Source of the DNA: Pontiella sp.
GTDB lineage: Bacteria; Verrucomicrobiota; Kiritimatiellia; Kiritimatiellales; Pontiellaceae
DNA: 64,000 bases
NCBI GenBank assembly: GCA_050290185.1
Contig: JBNKHE010000001.1
Location: forward strand, 354,713-418,712
Direction of reading: 5' to 3'
In this document: piece by piece, positions 47,979 through 58,200 of the stretch
Layout of the letters: the number at the start of each line of letters is the position of its first letter
Position numbering within the stretch: the stretch's first letter is position 1
The notes under the pieces: generated by a model
The model's input: the letters and a program-made list of their open reading frames with translations, nothing else
Databases searched by the model: none
What the model was told of the DNA's origin: nothing
Made by a program: the position numbers and the translations under genes

Positions 47979-49492
47979 TCGGCATCCTTCTGCTTGTAGA
48001 TCACCAGATCGGTGTGCGCCTGACCGAAATGGGGGAAGTCAGCAACCTCGTCGTAACGCTCTCGAAGTTGATTCGAGAACAGGGTCGTATCTTCTTCCCC
48101 CACCTCCGCGATAGCCGGCGATTCGATGGCCAGGCCGTAGCCGCTGAAAGCCGCGATCGGCGCATCGGAATTGGCGAGGGTTTCAAGCAACATATCCTTG
48201 TTGAGCAGGTGCAGTTTTTCGGCCTGCTCGCGCGGCAGGTCGGGGTAGTAGCAGAAGGGACCCATTTCCATCCCGGCAGAAACTTTCCGGTTGGCCTCGA
48301 CGGCTAGATAGATATCCTGTGTCAGCAACGTGCTGCCCTCCGGGCTGTTGGCTCGTACGAGATCGGCGGCTTCACGCAGGAAGGCCAGATCACTCTTGTC
48401 CTTGAATTTCCACCAAATACGGTCGCGGCCGCGCACAAACCAGTCCTGATTAATCGGCGAAGAGAACGCGGAAGCCACGGAAACCAGCAGAAGAAAAGCA
48501 AGCGCGGAAATCTGCCACTGATCCTGGATGCGGGGCACCAACGTCAAAACGAGTGCCGCCGCCAGAACCGGATAGGCAATCACCTGGTAGTCATCGTACG
48601 GGAAGGCCGCAATGAAATGGACCAGCGACATCCCGATGCCGCAGGCCCACAGCAATAGCGCATATGAATTCCGCGTGCATGGTTTCGGCCGCCAGCAGAG
48701 CGAAGCAACGGTGAGCACCGTGAACACAAAATAGGCCTGCACAAAACGCGATATGAAGCCCATCTTCAGAACCAGCAAGGCCTTTAGCCCACCGGGGTCC
48801 CGCCCGGCATGGTAGCCAAATAGCCCGAAACAGGTCTGATCGAAGGCAGTAACAAAGAAAGGGACAAATACAGCGAGCAACGTCAATCCGCCACCGATGC
48901 CGAACCATACCCAGTGCCAGCGGCGTTCGCGCTGGAAGATCAGCCAGATCCCGGCAATCGGCAAAACAATGCCGGCCGACAAACGTGTTCCTGCGGCCAG
49001 AGCCATGAACACCCCCGCCAACAGCGATCCGAGCCCGTTCCGGTAGGTCAGGGCAAAAAAACCGCACATAAGCCAGAACGAGCACAAACCATAGGTTTTT
49101 ACCACGGTGGTAAAATAACTCTGGTATACATTGCACCCCACCAGCATCCATACCGCCAGACAAGCGAAAACCTTGTTTCGGTCGACCATCCGTGCCACTG
49201 CGGCCGCCGCCAGCAGCCCCGAAAACAGGCCGAACCAAGTGGTGATTAAACGCCCTCCGGCGATGCCTAGCATATCAACAACAGAATGGAAAAGCCGATA
49301 GATGAAGGGAAGTACGGGGCCTTGCGTAAAAGCAAAATCGGCATAGGGCTTCGCGCCCTCTCCAACCATTCGGGCAGCATACAAATACCATCCCTCATCC
49401 TGGTTCAGGTTACCGTAGATCAGGTTTAGCGCGGCCAGCAGCACCACGCAAATCGCGGTACAGACCTCCAGAACTACAAAATATCTCTTCAT
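47975..49492 (-). CDS. GT-C fold glycosyltransferase (ArnT/PMT-like)
   Basis: NLNQDEGWYLYAA...PYADFAFTQGP after TM1, many TM segments, soluble C-terminal domain. Start moved to 49492. Confidence 0.8.
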   Translation of the reverse strand: MKRYFVVLEVCTAICVVLLAALNLIYGNLNQDEGWYLYAARMVGEGAKPYADFAFTQGPVLPFIYRLFHSVVDMLGIAGGRLITTWFGLFSGLLAAAAVARMVDRNKVFACLAVWMLVGCNVYQSYFTTVVKTYGLCSFWLMCGFFALTYRNGLGSLLAGVFMALAAGTRLSAGIVLPIAGIWLIFQRERRWHWVWFGIGGGLTLLAVFVPFFVTAFDQTCFGLFGYHAGRDPGGLKALLVLKMGFISRFVQAYFVFTVLTVASLCWRPKPCTRNSYALLLWACGIGMSLVHFIAAFPYDDYQVIAYPVLAAALVLTLVPRIQDQWQISALAFLLLVSVASAFSSPINQDWFVRGRDRIWWKFKDKSDLAFLREAADLVRANSPEGSTLLTQDIYLAVEANRKVSAGMEMGPFCYYPDLPREQAEKLHLLNKDMLLETLANSDAPIAAFSGYGLAIESPAIAEVGEEDTTLFSNQLRERYDEVADFPHFGQAHTDLVIYKQKDAE

Positions 49493-49505
49493 TCCCGCCA
49501 AGGCA

Positions 49506-50018
49506 TCATCCTTTGAATACGAATCGTTTTCGCAGGGTGAAGTTTGCAACCATTGCCAATGCGAATACAAAGAAATAACTCCACGAAACATCCCAACCCA
49601 AGCGTCCGATCAAAATCCGGCTAACCCAGGTGAACACCACGAATGAAATCGTGGAAAGCAGATAGAAAAGACCCACTTCCTTTTTCCGTTGGTGCCGGCC
49701 TCCAGAAAAGACGAACAGCGCGTTGGTCACGTAGGCGACGGTATTCGAAGCCACGAAGGCCCCGATCTTGCTGATGACAAAGTTCCGCAACAGCACCTGT
49801 TCCGGTACCGCCCCGATCTCCCAGCCGAAAATCCCGATCACCAGTCCGAATGGATCGCCGGGCCTGAGGCAGGGAAAAATCAACCACGCCATGATATAGA
49901 ACACAGCCACATCCACCACGAAAGTGATGCCCCCGCAGAATAAATACCTGATGAACTGCAGGTGCAAATGCCCTTTATCGTTCAACATCCCTGTCAGCTT
50001 GGTTGTCCAGTTTTTCAT
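49506..50018 (-). CDS. GtrA family lipid-linked sugar translocase
   Basis: QFIRYLFCGGITFVVD, AYVTNALFVF, ANFTLRKRFVF; four TM segments. Confidence 0.88.
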   Translation of the reverse strand: MKNWTTKLTGMLNDKGHLHLQFIRYLFCGGITFVVDVAVFYIMAWLIFPCLRPGDPFGLVIGIFGWEIGAVPEQVLLRNFVISKIGAFVASNTVAYVTNALFVFSGGRHQRKKEVGLFYLLSTISFVVFTWVSRILIGRLGWDVSWSYFFVFALAMVANFTLRKRFVFKG

Positions 50019-50191
50019 AACAGTTAGAGAGGTTCATATTCTCCTACACGTGGAACCAATGCGAGTATTTTCGCCCCGTCATCACAGGTTGGACAGTCGG
50101 AGAACACCCCAACGAAGCATAGGGAGGAAACTTGACCTCAAGGCTGTTTAATCTATGCTGTTGATTCATTTTGCAAACAGAGGGGTTTACC

Positions 50192-53100
50192 TTGAGTACA
50201 GAAAAGTTTTTTCGGAAATCGGACTGGATTGCCTGCTGGGCGACATTTGTTATCTCGCTCATTGTCTACGTCATCACCTTACAGCCCACCGTGGGCCTTG
50301 AAGATTCAGGCGAACTGATTGTTGCATCCGACTATCTAGGCGTCCCCCACCCCCCGGGCTATCCCAGCTGGTCGTTGCTCACCTGGCTGTTTCAATGGAT
50401 TTTTCATGGCGTAACCTTCCACGGCCATCCCAACCCGGCATGGGCGGTCAACCTCTTCTCCGCCGTATCCGGCGCGGCCGCCTGCGGTGTGATCGCCCTG
50501 CTGATCAGCCGCTCGGGCATGGATCTGCTGCGCAGCCTGTCGAAGGAATCCAGCATACTGGGGGAAGGAACCGAAAGCCTGTTTTGCGGAGTAGCGGGCA
50601 TCACCGGCGGACTCTTGTTAGCCTTTGGCCACGGTATGTGGTCGCAGTCCGTCATTGCCGAGGTCTATTCACTCAACATCTTTTTCCAGTCGCTGGTACT
50701 TATCTTTCTCTATCGATGGTTGTCCGACACGGATAATCACAAATGGTTGATCATCTGCGCGTTCGTGTTCGGGCTTGGGACGACGAACCATCAAACGCTT
50801 ATATTCATGGGGCTTGCCATAGCGATCATTGTTCTCTTCAAGGATATTGGCCTGTTTCGCGACTTTGCCATCGTCGGCCTCTTCCTTTCCGCCATACTCA
50901 TAGCCAGCAAATATTCCAGCGGAGAGGAATGGAAATGGGCATCGGGCCCGGATCACAAGGGCTTTTGGTTCTGGTCCATATACGCCATCATCGTTCCGCT
51001 CATCGCAACCTTTGCATTGAAGAACGGAAAGGTGGTCGGGCCAACCATTCTCGTCATGCTTGTCGGGGTTTCATTCTATCTCTACATGCCCATTTCATCC
51101 GACCAGAATCCTCCAATAAACTGGGGCTATCCACGCACATGGCAGGGCTTTATGCATGCTATCACCCGAGGGCAGTACGAGAAGGTCAAGCTATCCCAAG
51201 TGTTACAGGACCCGTCTCATTTCATCCATCAGTGCGAATCATTCTTTAGAGATCTCCGGAGCCAGTACCTCCCGCTGGTCCTCACCGGCTTCCTTCCATT
51301 TGCGGCGTGGAGAACGCGGCGATTCAATGCCTCTCTGGCAGCTATCGGCTGCTTTCTCATTGCCGCAATGCTACTTACTGCAAGCACCGTAATCTCCTTC
51401 AAGATGGCCAATAGCGACCTACTTGCCGACAATCTCAACAAGGCTTCCATCCCCTTCATTGTAGCCCTATTTCTACTGTTTGGCATCGGTTTCGGCATTT
51501 CGATCGCCAACTTTGTCGAATTCTGTTTCAAGGAAACGATCGACCTTGTCAGGAAGCAACAACTCGGATTCTGGAACGGAGTATCCATTCTCATCTCCGG
51601 CCTCTTTGGATTGGCTCTACTCGTCGGTCTACTCTATGTCGACAAGGCGCTGATCTCCAACCTTGTTCACCACGGTAGCGAACAACCGTTCCGGGAAAAC
51701 CTGATTATCCTGAGCGCCGTACTTCTTCCCTACGCTTTTATAGTCGGATCCTACCTGCTCAAACGCTGGAAGACATCACAACTTTCTTTCGATATCTCAG
51801 AATTCGGTCAGCATTGGTTCATCACGACGATCGTCGCCTTTATTTCCGTGGGCATCGTATTCATCATCCTGCAGAATCCAAAGACCGACATCCAAAGCCT
51901 CTTTATTGGACGGGTCCAGTACATCCAGGCGCATGCGATCTATGCTATCTGGATGGGTTACGGATTGCTTCTGCTCATGGCCTACGTGGACGCGTTTATG
52001 AAAAATATTCGCGCGATTCGTTATATAATCGTGCTGGGCATACTCACTCTACCCGCCTTTCTCGTGATCAAGAACCGGATCGACCCGACCCAGGAGAAGA
52101 TCTACGGTGGAGCCGAGCAAGGCGGCCACGACTTTGGCTGGCAGTTCGGCAACTGGCAGTTGCAGGGCGTCAAGGGCATTGAGGAAGACCTGCGCGCCTG
52201 GTATTCGCCCGAGGAGTTCGAAAAAATCTGGGGCGAATATCCCAACAAGAACTATCCACAACCCATGGGCACCAACGCCATCTTCTTCGGCGGAACCGAT
52301 CCGGGCCGCTTCGTACCGACCTACATGATCTACTCCGCCCACGTCCGCCCCGATGTGTATCTCATCACGCAGAATGCCTTGGCCGATAACACCTACATGA
52401 GTGTCATGCGCGACCTCTACGGCGACCAGATATGGATTCCATCCCCGCTCGACAACAACATGGCCTTCCAGATGTACATAAAAAACGACGGGCAAAGCGC
52501 CGACGTCTCCGGAGGACGGGTTCAGGTACAGGGCGTAGCGGCCGTCATGAAGATCAACGGCTATCTCAGCAAGATGATCTTCGATCACAACCAGTACCTC
52601 ACAGAAACCAAGACCGATGAGGCAACCCGCCCGGTGGGATCGGCCGTCGTGTACGAAGACCCGCAGATGGATCCCGAAACCGGCATGCCGCCAGCACGCA
52701 CCTTCTATGTCGAAGAAAGCTATGCCATGCAGTGGATGTATCCCTACCTCACCCCGCACGGTTTGATCATGAAGGTCAATAACAAGCCAACACCGATTAC
52801 AGATGAGATGATCAAGAACGATACCGATTTCTGGAACTGGTATTGCGACCGTCTACTTAACGATGGAAAGTTCATGCGCGACATTGTCGCACGGAAATCC
52901 TTCTCCAAGCTGCGCAGCTCCATAGCCGGACTCTATGCGGCACGAGGCAGAGTAAAAGAAGCCGAAGCGGCATTCAGGCAAGCCATCGCGCTTTATGATC
53001 TGAGTCCCGAATCCAACTATCGCCTGGCCGACCTGCTCGCCCGGGAGGGACGCTTTGATGAAGCCGTCGCCATGTTTGATGAATTCCTCGAAAAAGATGA

Positions 53101-53632
53101 AAACAACACACAGGCTGCGGCATTTCGTGACCAGCTGGAGCAGCGCAAATCGCAAACAGCCCAAAAACAAGTTCTGGAGCAAAAACGAAAAGCGGGGAAA
53201 CTGCAGTTCAATGAAGTCATTAATCTCGGCGCCCTTTATTTTTCCGCCGGTCAGATCCGTCAGGCTGATTCTCTGATGATGCAATATATCAAGGGAGCGA
53301 CCGTAACTCCTGAACAAGCCCTGCAGATTGCCCAGCTGATGGCGCAAAAACAGCGGTTGGCTGTGGTTGAACAAGCTCTGAAAAAATATACTGCCCTGAA
53401 ACCGGATGACCCTGGAGGATGGATCAATCTTGCTGCACTCCAAATGGTTTTGAAAAGGCAGAATGATATGTGGAGTTCCATCGATAAAGCCCTTGAGGTC
53501 GATCCAACGGGCGCACGCACTCAACTACGGAACGACAAGCGTTTCAACCCGATCCGCAAATCCGATAAATTCAAATCCCGCGTACCATCACTGCAAAACA
53601 GCGTTGATATGGGGCTGATGCCCGGCTTCTAG
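50192..53632 (+). CDS. DUF2723 / TMEM260-like GT-C protein with C-terminal TPRs
   Basis: YVITLQPTVGLEDSGELIVASDYLGVPHPPGYP, WSQSVIAEVYSLN, NH, PPINWG, RGQY, RPDV, C-terminal TPRs. TTG start 50192 (track gives 50171). Confidence 0.85.
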   Translation: MSTEKFFRKSDWIACWATFVISLIVYVITLQPTVGLEDSGELIVASDYLGVPHPPGYPSWSLLTWLFQWIFHGVTFHGHPNPAWAVNLFSAVSGAAACGVIALLISRSGMDLLRSLSKESSILGEGTESLFCGVAGITGGLLLAFGHGMWSQSVIAEVYSLNIFFQSLVLIFLYRWLSDTDNHKWLIICAFVFGLGTTNHQTLIFMGLAIAIIVLFKDIGLFRDFAIVGLFLSAILIASKYSSGEEWKWASGPDHKGFWFWSIYAIIVPLIATFALKNGKVVGPTILVMLVGVSFYLYMPISSDQNPPINWGYPRTWQGFMHAITRGQYEKVKLSQVLQDPSHFIHQCESFFRDLRSQYLPLVLTGFLPFAAWRTRRFNASLAAIGCFLIAAMLLTASTVISFKMANSDLLADNLNKASIPFIVALFLLFGIGFGISIANFVEFCFKETIDLVRKQQLGFWNGVSILISGLFGLALLVGLLYVDKALISNLVHHGSEQPFRENLIILSAVLLPYAFIVGSYLLKRWKTSQLSFDISEFGQHWFITTIVAFISVGIVFIILQNPKTDIQSLFIGRVQYIQAHAIYAIWMGYGLLLLMAYVDAFMKNIRAIRYIIVLGILTLPAFLVIKNRIDPTQEKIYGGAEQGGHDFGWQFGNWQLQGVKGIEEDLRAWYSPEEFEKIWGEYPNKNYPQPMGTNAIFFGGTDPGRFVPTYMIYSAHVRPDVYLITQNALADNTYMSVMRDLYGDQIWIPSPLDNNMAFQMYIKNDGQSADVSGGRVQVQGVAAVMKINGYLSKMIFDHNQYLTETKTDEATRPVGSAVVYEDPQMDPETGMPPARTFYVEESYAMQWMYPYLTPHGLIMKVNNKPTPITDEMIKNDTDFWNWYCDRLLNDGKFMRDIVARKSFSKLRSSIAGLYAARGRVKEAEAAFRQAIALYDLSPESNYRLADLLAREGRFDEAVAMFDEFLEKDENNTQAAAFRDQLEQRKSQTAQKQVLEQKRKAGKLQFNEVINLGALYFSAGQIRQADSLMMQYIKGATVTPEQALQIAQLMAQKQRLAVVEQALKKYTALKPDDPGGWINLAALQMVLKRQNDMWSSIDKALEVDPTGARTQLRNDKRFNPIRKSDKFKSRVPSLQNSVDMGLMPGF

Positions 53633-53642
53633 GCTTTTTCCT

Positions 53643-54758
53643 GTGAAGATTGTTGTATACGACGACAACCCCGATTTCGGCGGCCACCAAGCCATGGCCG
53701 TCCACGGGGTTGAGGCGCTCGCAGCCGACCCATCGATCGAAACCGTCTTCCTATTCAACCCCGAAAACCGGCAACTCATCGATAAACTCGCCGGAATCAA
53801 GACCTGCCAGACACTCGAATCCCCCTGCGCGACCCGCCGGACGCAAGGCATTAGAAACCGCATTGATCGACAAGGCATCCACGAGCTCCAACGCATCTTC
53901 GGCACGCTTAAAGCCGATCTGGTTCTCTGCCTCCAGGGGGACATCGAACAATCCTCGCAAGCTGTCATCGCCGCCCGCCGCGCCGGGATCGAATGCATCA
54001 GCTACATCGCTCTGCCCCATCGCTCGGCGACCATGGGCGCTAAGCTGGGAAAACTACGCGATCGAGCCAATCAATTCCTGCTAAACCAGCCCACGCGTTA
54101 CATCACCATCAGCGAAAGCATGGCCAAACGCCTTCAGGAGCGCGGCACGAACAAACCCATAACTATCGTCCCCAACGGCATCAACATTCCCAAAACTCCA
54201 CGTGCTTACGACCTCACGACTCACAACTCACCCGTCACGCTGGGGCTATTGGGGCGGGTTGAATTCAACCAAAAGCAGCAGAATTTCATGCTGCAGACCT
54301 TTTGCGACTTTCAGCAGGCATTCGAAAACTGCCGTCTCGTCATCGTAGGCGACGGCCCCGATTGGAACCAACTCGAACAACTCATTGCCAAATGCCCGCG
54401 CAAAGACGACATTGACCTCCTTCCTTGGCAGAAAGACACCGAGACCGTTTTCGCCTCCATCGATCTACTGGTAATTCCCTCCCGCTACGAAGGCGTCCCG
54501 CTCGTCATGCTCGAAGCGCTCGCCCGCGGGATTCCCGTCATCGGCAGCAACCGCGACGGCATGCGCGACATCCTTCCCGAAAGCTGGACCTTCGAAACGG
54601 AAAACGCCACCGCATTGGCCGAAACCTTTTCGCGCGTCCGCGACACATGGCAAAACGCCATCATTCCCCTCCGCGATAAAATCGTGAAAGAACACTCGCT
54701 CGAAACCTTCAAGGCCAGCTTCCACCAAACGGTATTGGACCGAAACCCTGCCTCATAG
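53643..54758 (+). CDS. GT4 glycosyltransferase
   Basis: FGGHQ, IVPNGI, LGRV..QK, IVGDGPD, IPSRYEGVPLVMLEA (E-X7-E). Confidence 0.9.
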   Translation: MKIVVYDDNPDFGGHQAMAVHGVEALAADPSIETVFLFNPENRQLIDKLAGIKTCQTLESPCATRRTQGIRNRIDRQGIHELQRIFGTLKADLVLCLQGDIEQSSQAVIAARRAGIECISYIALPHRSATMGAKLGKLRDRANQFLLNQPTRYITISESMAKRLQERGTNKPITIVPNGINIPKTPRAYDLTTHNSPVTLGLLGRVEFNQKQQNFMLQTFCDFQQAFENCRLVIVGDGPDWNQLEQLIAKCPRKDDIDLLPWQKDTETVFASIDLLVIPSRYEGVPLVMLEALARGIPVIGSNRDGMRDILPESWTFETENATALAETFSRVRDTWQNAIIPLRDKIVKEHSLETFKASFHQTVLDRNPAS

Positions 54759-54787
54759 AGCCCCAATCAGCAGGAAAATAACCCTCC

Positions 54788-54815
54788 TTGACTTGACGTA
54801 CTATATTTATAGTAT
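54788..54815 (+). promoter_or_regulatory. blaI promoter (TTGACT-16-TAGTAT) with palindromic operator at 54799-54814
   Basis: Perfect 7-2-7 palindrome TACTATA-TT-TATAGTA between -35 and -10, overlapping the -10. Confidence 0.65.
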
Positions 54816-54844
54816 TACCAATTATCAGCAACAGCGGAGGATTC

Positions 54845-55237
54845 ATGAAGAAAAAAACACCTCAACCAAGCAACCTCGAGCTCAACATTCTGGGAGTGCT
54901 TTGGGAGAAAGGCCCATTGACGGCCCGGCAAGTACTGGAATCGCTCAACGACGGCAAGCAACGCGCCTACACCACCGTGCTCAGTCTCATGCAGGGCATG
55001 GAACGTAAAGGATTGCTCTCCCGTATAGTCGACGATGTTGCCCACCTGTGGAGCCCGGTAGTGAGCCGCCGATCCATCATGGGTCCGATGATGAAAAAGC
55101 TGGTCAGCAACGTATTCGGAGGACGCCCCAGCGAAGCGCTCCAGCAGCTACTTAGCGATACGTCGGTTGACGAAGATGAACTGGCCGAAATCCAGCGATT
55201 GATCAGCGACTACCAATCCCGGCGCGAAAACCGGTAG
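54845..55237 (+). CDS. BlaI/MecI/CopY family repressor
   Basis: LELNILGVLWEKGPLTARQV, AYTTVLSLM..MERKGLL, FGG, ELAEI. Confidence 0.93.
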   Translation: MKKKTPQPSNLELNILGVLWEKGPLTARQVLESLNDGKQRAYTTVLSLMQGMERKGLLSRIVDDVAHLWSPVVSRRSIMGPMMKKLVSNVFGGRPSEALQQLLSDTSVDEDELAEIQRLISDYQSRRENR

Positions 55238-55252
55238 CGGGCGGAGGGTGGT

Positions 55253-58200
55253 ATGAACCTGTTAAACACATTGTCCACGCCGGCATGGTCACATCTTATC
55301 GCGGCTCTCCTGCATACACTGTGGCTCGGAATGCTTTCCGCGGTTGCGGTGGCCCTGGTGCTGCGGGCGCAACCGGCCAACCTCCCCCAACAACGCCAGC
55401 TTGCCTGCATCGCAGGGCTGCTAGCTACGCTGATCGGCGGCTACATGGCCTGGAGTCTGATCGACCAAGGCTCAACCGCAACATCCCATTCCGTACCTAC
55501 GACCGCCATCGGGAATCATCCCGCAGCTACGACCATCGATGAACGGCCAGCAGCACCCTCTCAACCGGTGGCCTACCATTACCTTCCTGCGAAGGATAAT
55601 TTCTCTTCCCAACCAGCTATCCATGCAACGACATGGGCCGTGATCGGCTGGCTGCTCGGTGTTGCGGCCATGCTGGCACGAATGCTACGGGCCATGGCAG
55701 GAGCCGGCCGGCTGCGCCGAAGAGCACAACCGCTACCCCCGAACCACCTGCTTAACCAGATACTTTCCGAACTCCAATCGCGGCTTGGTTCGGCACAAAA
55801 AGCAGCCATCCTGTTGGTCGATACGCTATCGGGCCCCGCCGTGACGGGCGCATTGCGCCCCGTCATCCTGTGGCCGGTCGCCTGGGCGACCGGTCTACCG
55901 GAATGGCAAGTCCGCGCTATGCTCGCCCATGAATTCGCACACATCGTCCGCCGCGACTATCTGGTCAACCTGCTGCAGATGGTGGTTGAGGCGCTCCTCT
56001 TCTTCAATCCAGCGGTCTGGTGGATGAGCCGCCAGCTACGCATTGAGCGGGAGGCCTGTTGCGATGCACTTGCCGCCCGCCTGCTCGGCGAAGCGGGCGA
56101 ATACAACGTTGCCCGCGCCTTGGCAGAGGTCTCCGGAGCACTGCCTACCGGAGTGCTCGCCTTCGGGAGCGATCAACACGGAAGCCTGCTTGGCCGCGTA
56201 CGCCGCCTGCTCGAGCCCGGCCACCGCCCCAACCTGCGCCTTCCTTGGCCGACCCTGCTCGGCTTGCTGGCCTTGATCGCAATCGCATTGGTGGCGATCA
56301 AGTCTACGGGCGATGCCGTGGCCAGCAAGTTGATGAGCCACAAGGAACGCATCGCCACGATGGAGGCGCTGAAGGAGCAAGCACCCGACTACCAGCATGG
56401 TGATGCGGAACTGGAGAAATACACGAAAAAGGACCGGATCACCATCGAGGGAAGCATCCGAATGGCTGATGGAGGAAAAATACCGCAAGATCTGCAAATT
56501 ACATCCTGCAGCACCCTACCCCGCCGAATTGTCTATGGTGGCGGCATTAGCGGAACACAGATGAACGCGGAGAAGACGCAAATGACCTTTGCCCTTCCAG
56601 TCGAGTTTGGCGCGATTCATCTATTGCTCAAGGCCGAAGGTTATGCCCCGCAATTTATTGGCCCCCTCACGGCAGACCCGGGCGGCACGGTCGAAGGGGT
56701 TGAACTTGTGCTCGACCGGGGTTTCAAGTCCGATATTCTCCTGAAGGACGGCCACGGCAATCCGATACCGGATGCGGAAATACAAATTCAATCCGAAGAC
56801 CCCTCCCAGGGGTGGCGACTAACGGCGACCACCGGGAAGGACGGAGTCGCCGCAATCGAACATACCCCAAATATTCCCGTGAAACTCGAAGTGAGGCATC
56901 CAGGCTACATGGAAGCCATCACCCAGCACGTCGTGCTGCTGGAAGGCAAACCCTACAAATGGACGCTGGAAAAAGCTTCGCCGGCAACCGGACAAGTTGT
57001 CGATGCCGAACACGGAAATCCGTTGGGCGGGGTGGAATTCCACATGCAGGAACGTCGCAGTTCCAGGCTCGGCAACATGCAATGGCAATTATCATCCGGC
57101 CCGTTTCTCGGAACCTCAGATGCCCACGGTAGATTTTCCATCGATACGCTGGATGCAACCAGTACATATAAAATAGTGGCACAGTCGCCCGACCGCTCGC
57201 ATGCCGGCATGTTCGCGCTCTTTCCCGGAGAAACCGGTAAGTTGGTAAAGCTCCAACCCACGCTCTCCATCTCGGGCGTTATTGCCAACGCGGAAAAATT
57301 GACCCGCAACCGCGACGGAAGCATCGAGCTCGCATGGGGGGAATCTCTCCGCTATGAGCTGGGATATGTGTTTTTAAACGGCGATGTGGACGTCAGGGAG
57401 AACGGTACAAATACCACCTTCATGTTGCACGGCGCCTTGCCCGGAAGGATTGAGATACGCGGGAGCGGTCTACGAGAGGTATTGGCACTCCGTGGCTCAA
57501 CCACGAATATTGTTTTGAATAACGAAATAAACGGTTCCTCTCCCAAGGACCTGCAAGCCCAGATCGATGCCGAGCATCCCATGCGCACGATCCACATACA
57601 GCTCCAGCCTCCCAAGGGAGCACCGATACCCAGTGGCTCCATTCAGGTAAAATACCATCGGTACGAAGCCCACCCCGAATTGAAGGAAGGATTCATGCGG
57701 ATCGGCAGAAGGGTGTCGCTGCCCCTTGACGAAAACGGCGCAGCCACCTTCGAGATTCCCACGCCAAACCGGCTCAAGCTCAAGCCCCAGGGACTCAACG
57801 GCTACTGGTTCCCCTCCCATTGGAACGACAACGGAACTAATGTATGCGCCGGTGGCGATATCGGGACCTACGATGCATCATACGAGCAAACGCTGCCGGT
57901 TCTTCCGGCCGGCGCCATAGAGGGAAGCATCTTCGACCAACAGGGGAAACCGGCCAAGGGTTTGCTCATCTCGATATCCGCATCCGGCCAGCCGGACGCG
58001 GACATCAGCAATAGTCTCGGCATTGAAATCAAGAACTCCGCCAGCGGAAGCGATGACAGCAGTCGCTTTCTGGCCGGGCCGCTTCCGCTGGATGACGCCT
58101 ACCGGATCATCGCTCATACCGGGCAGTACTACACCGTCAGCAAACCAATCCGGCTCACCGCCGAGCAACCCTTCGCGCAGTTGGAAATCAAAATGCCGGA

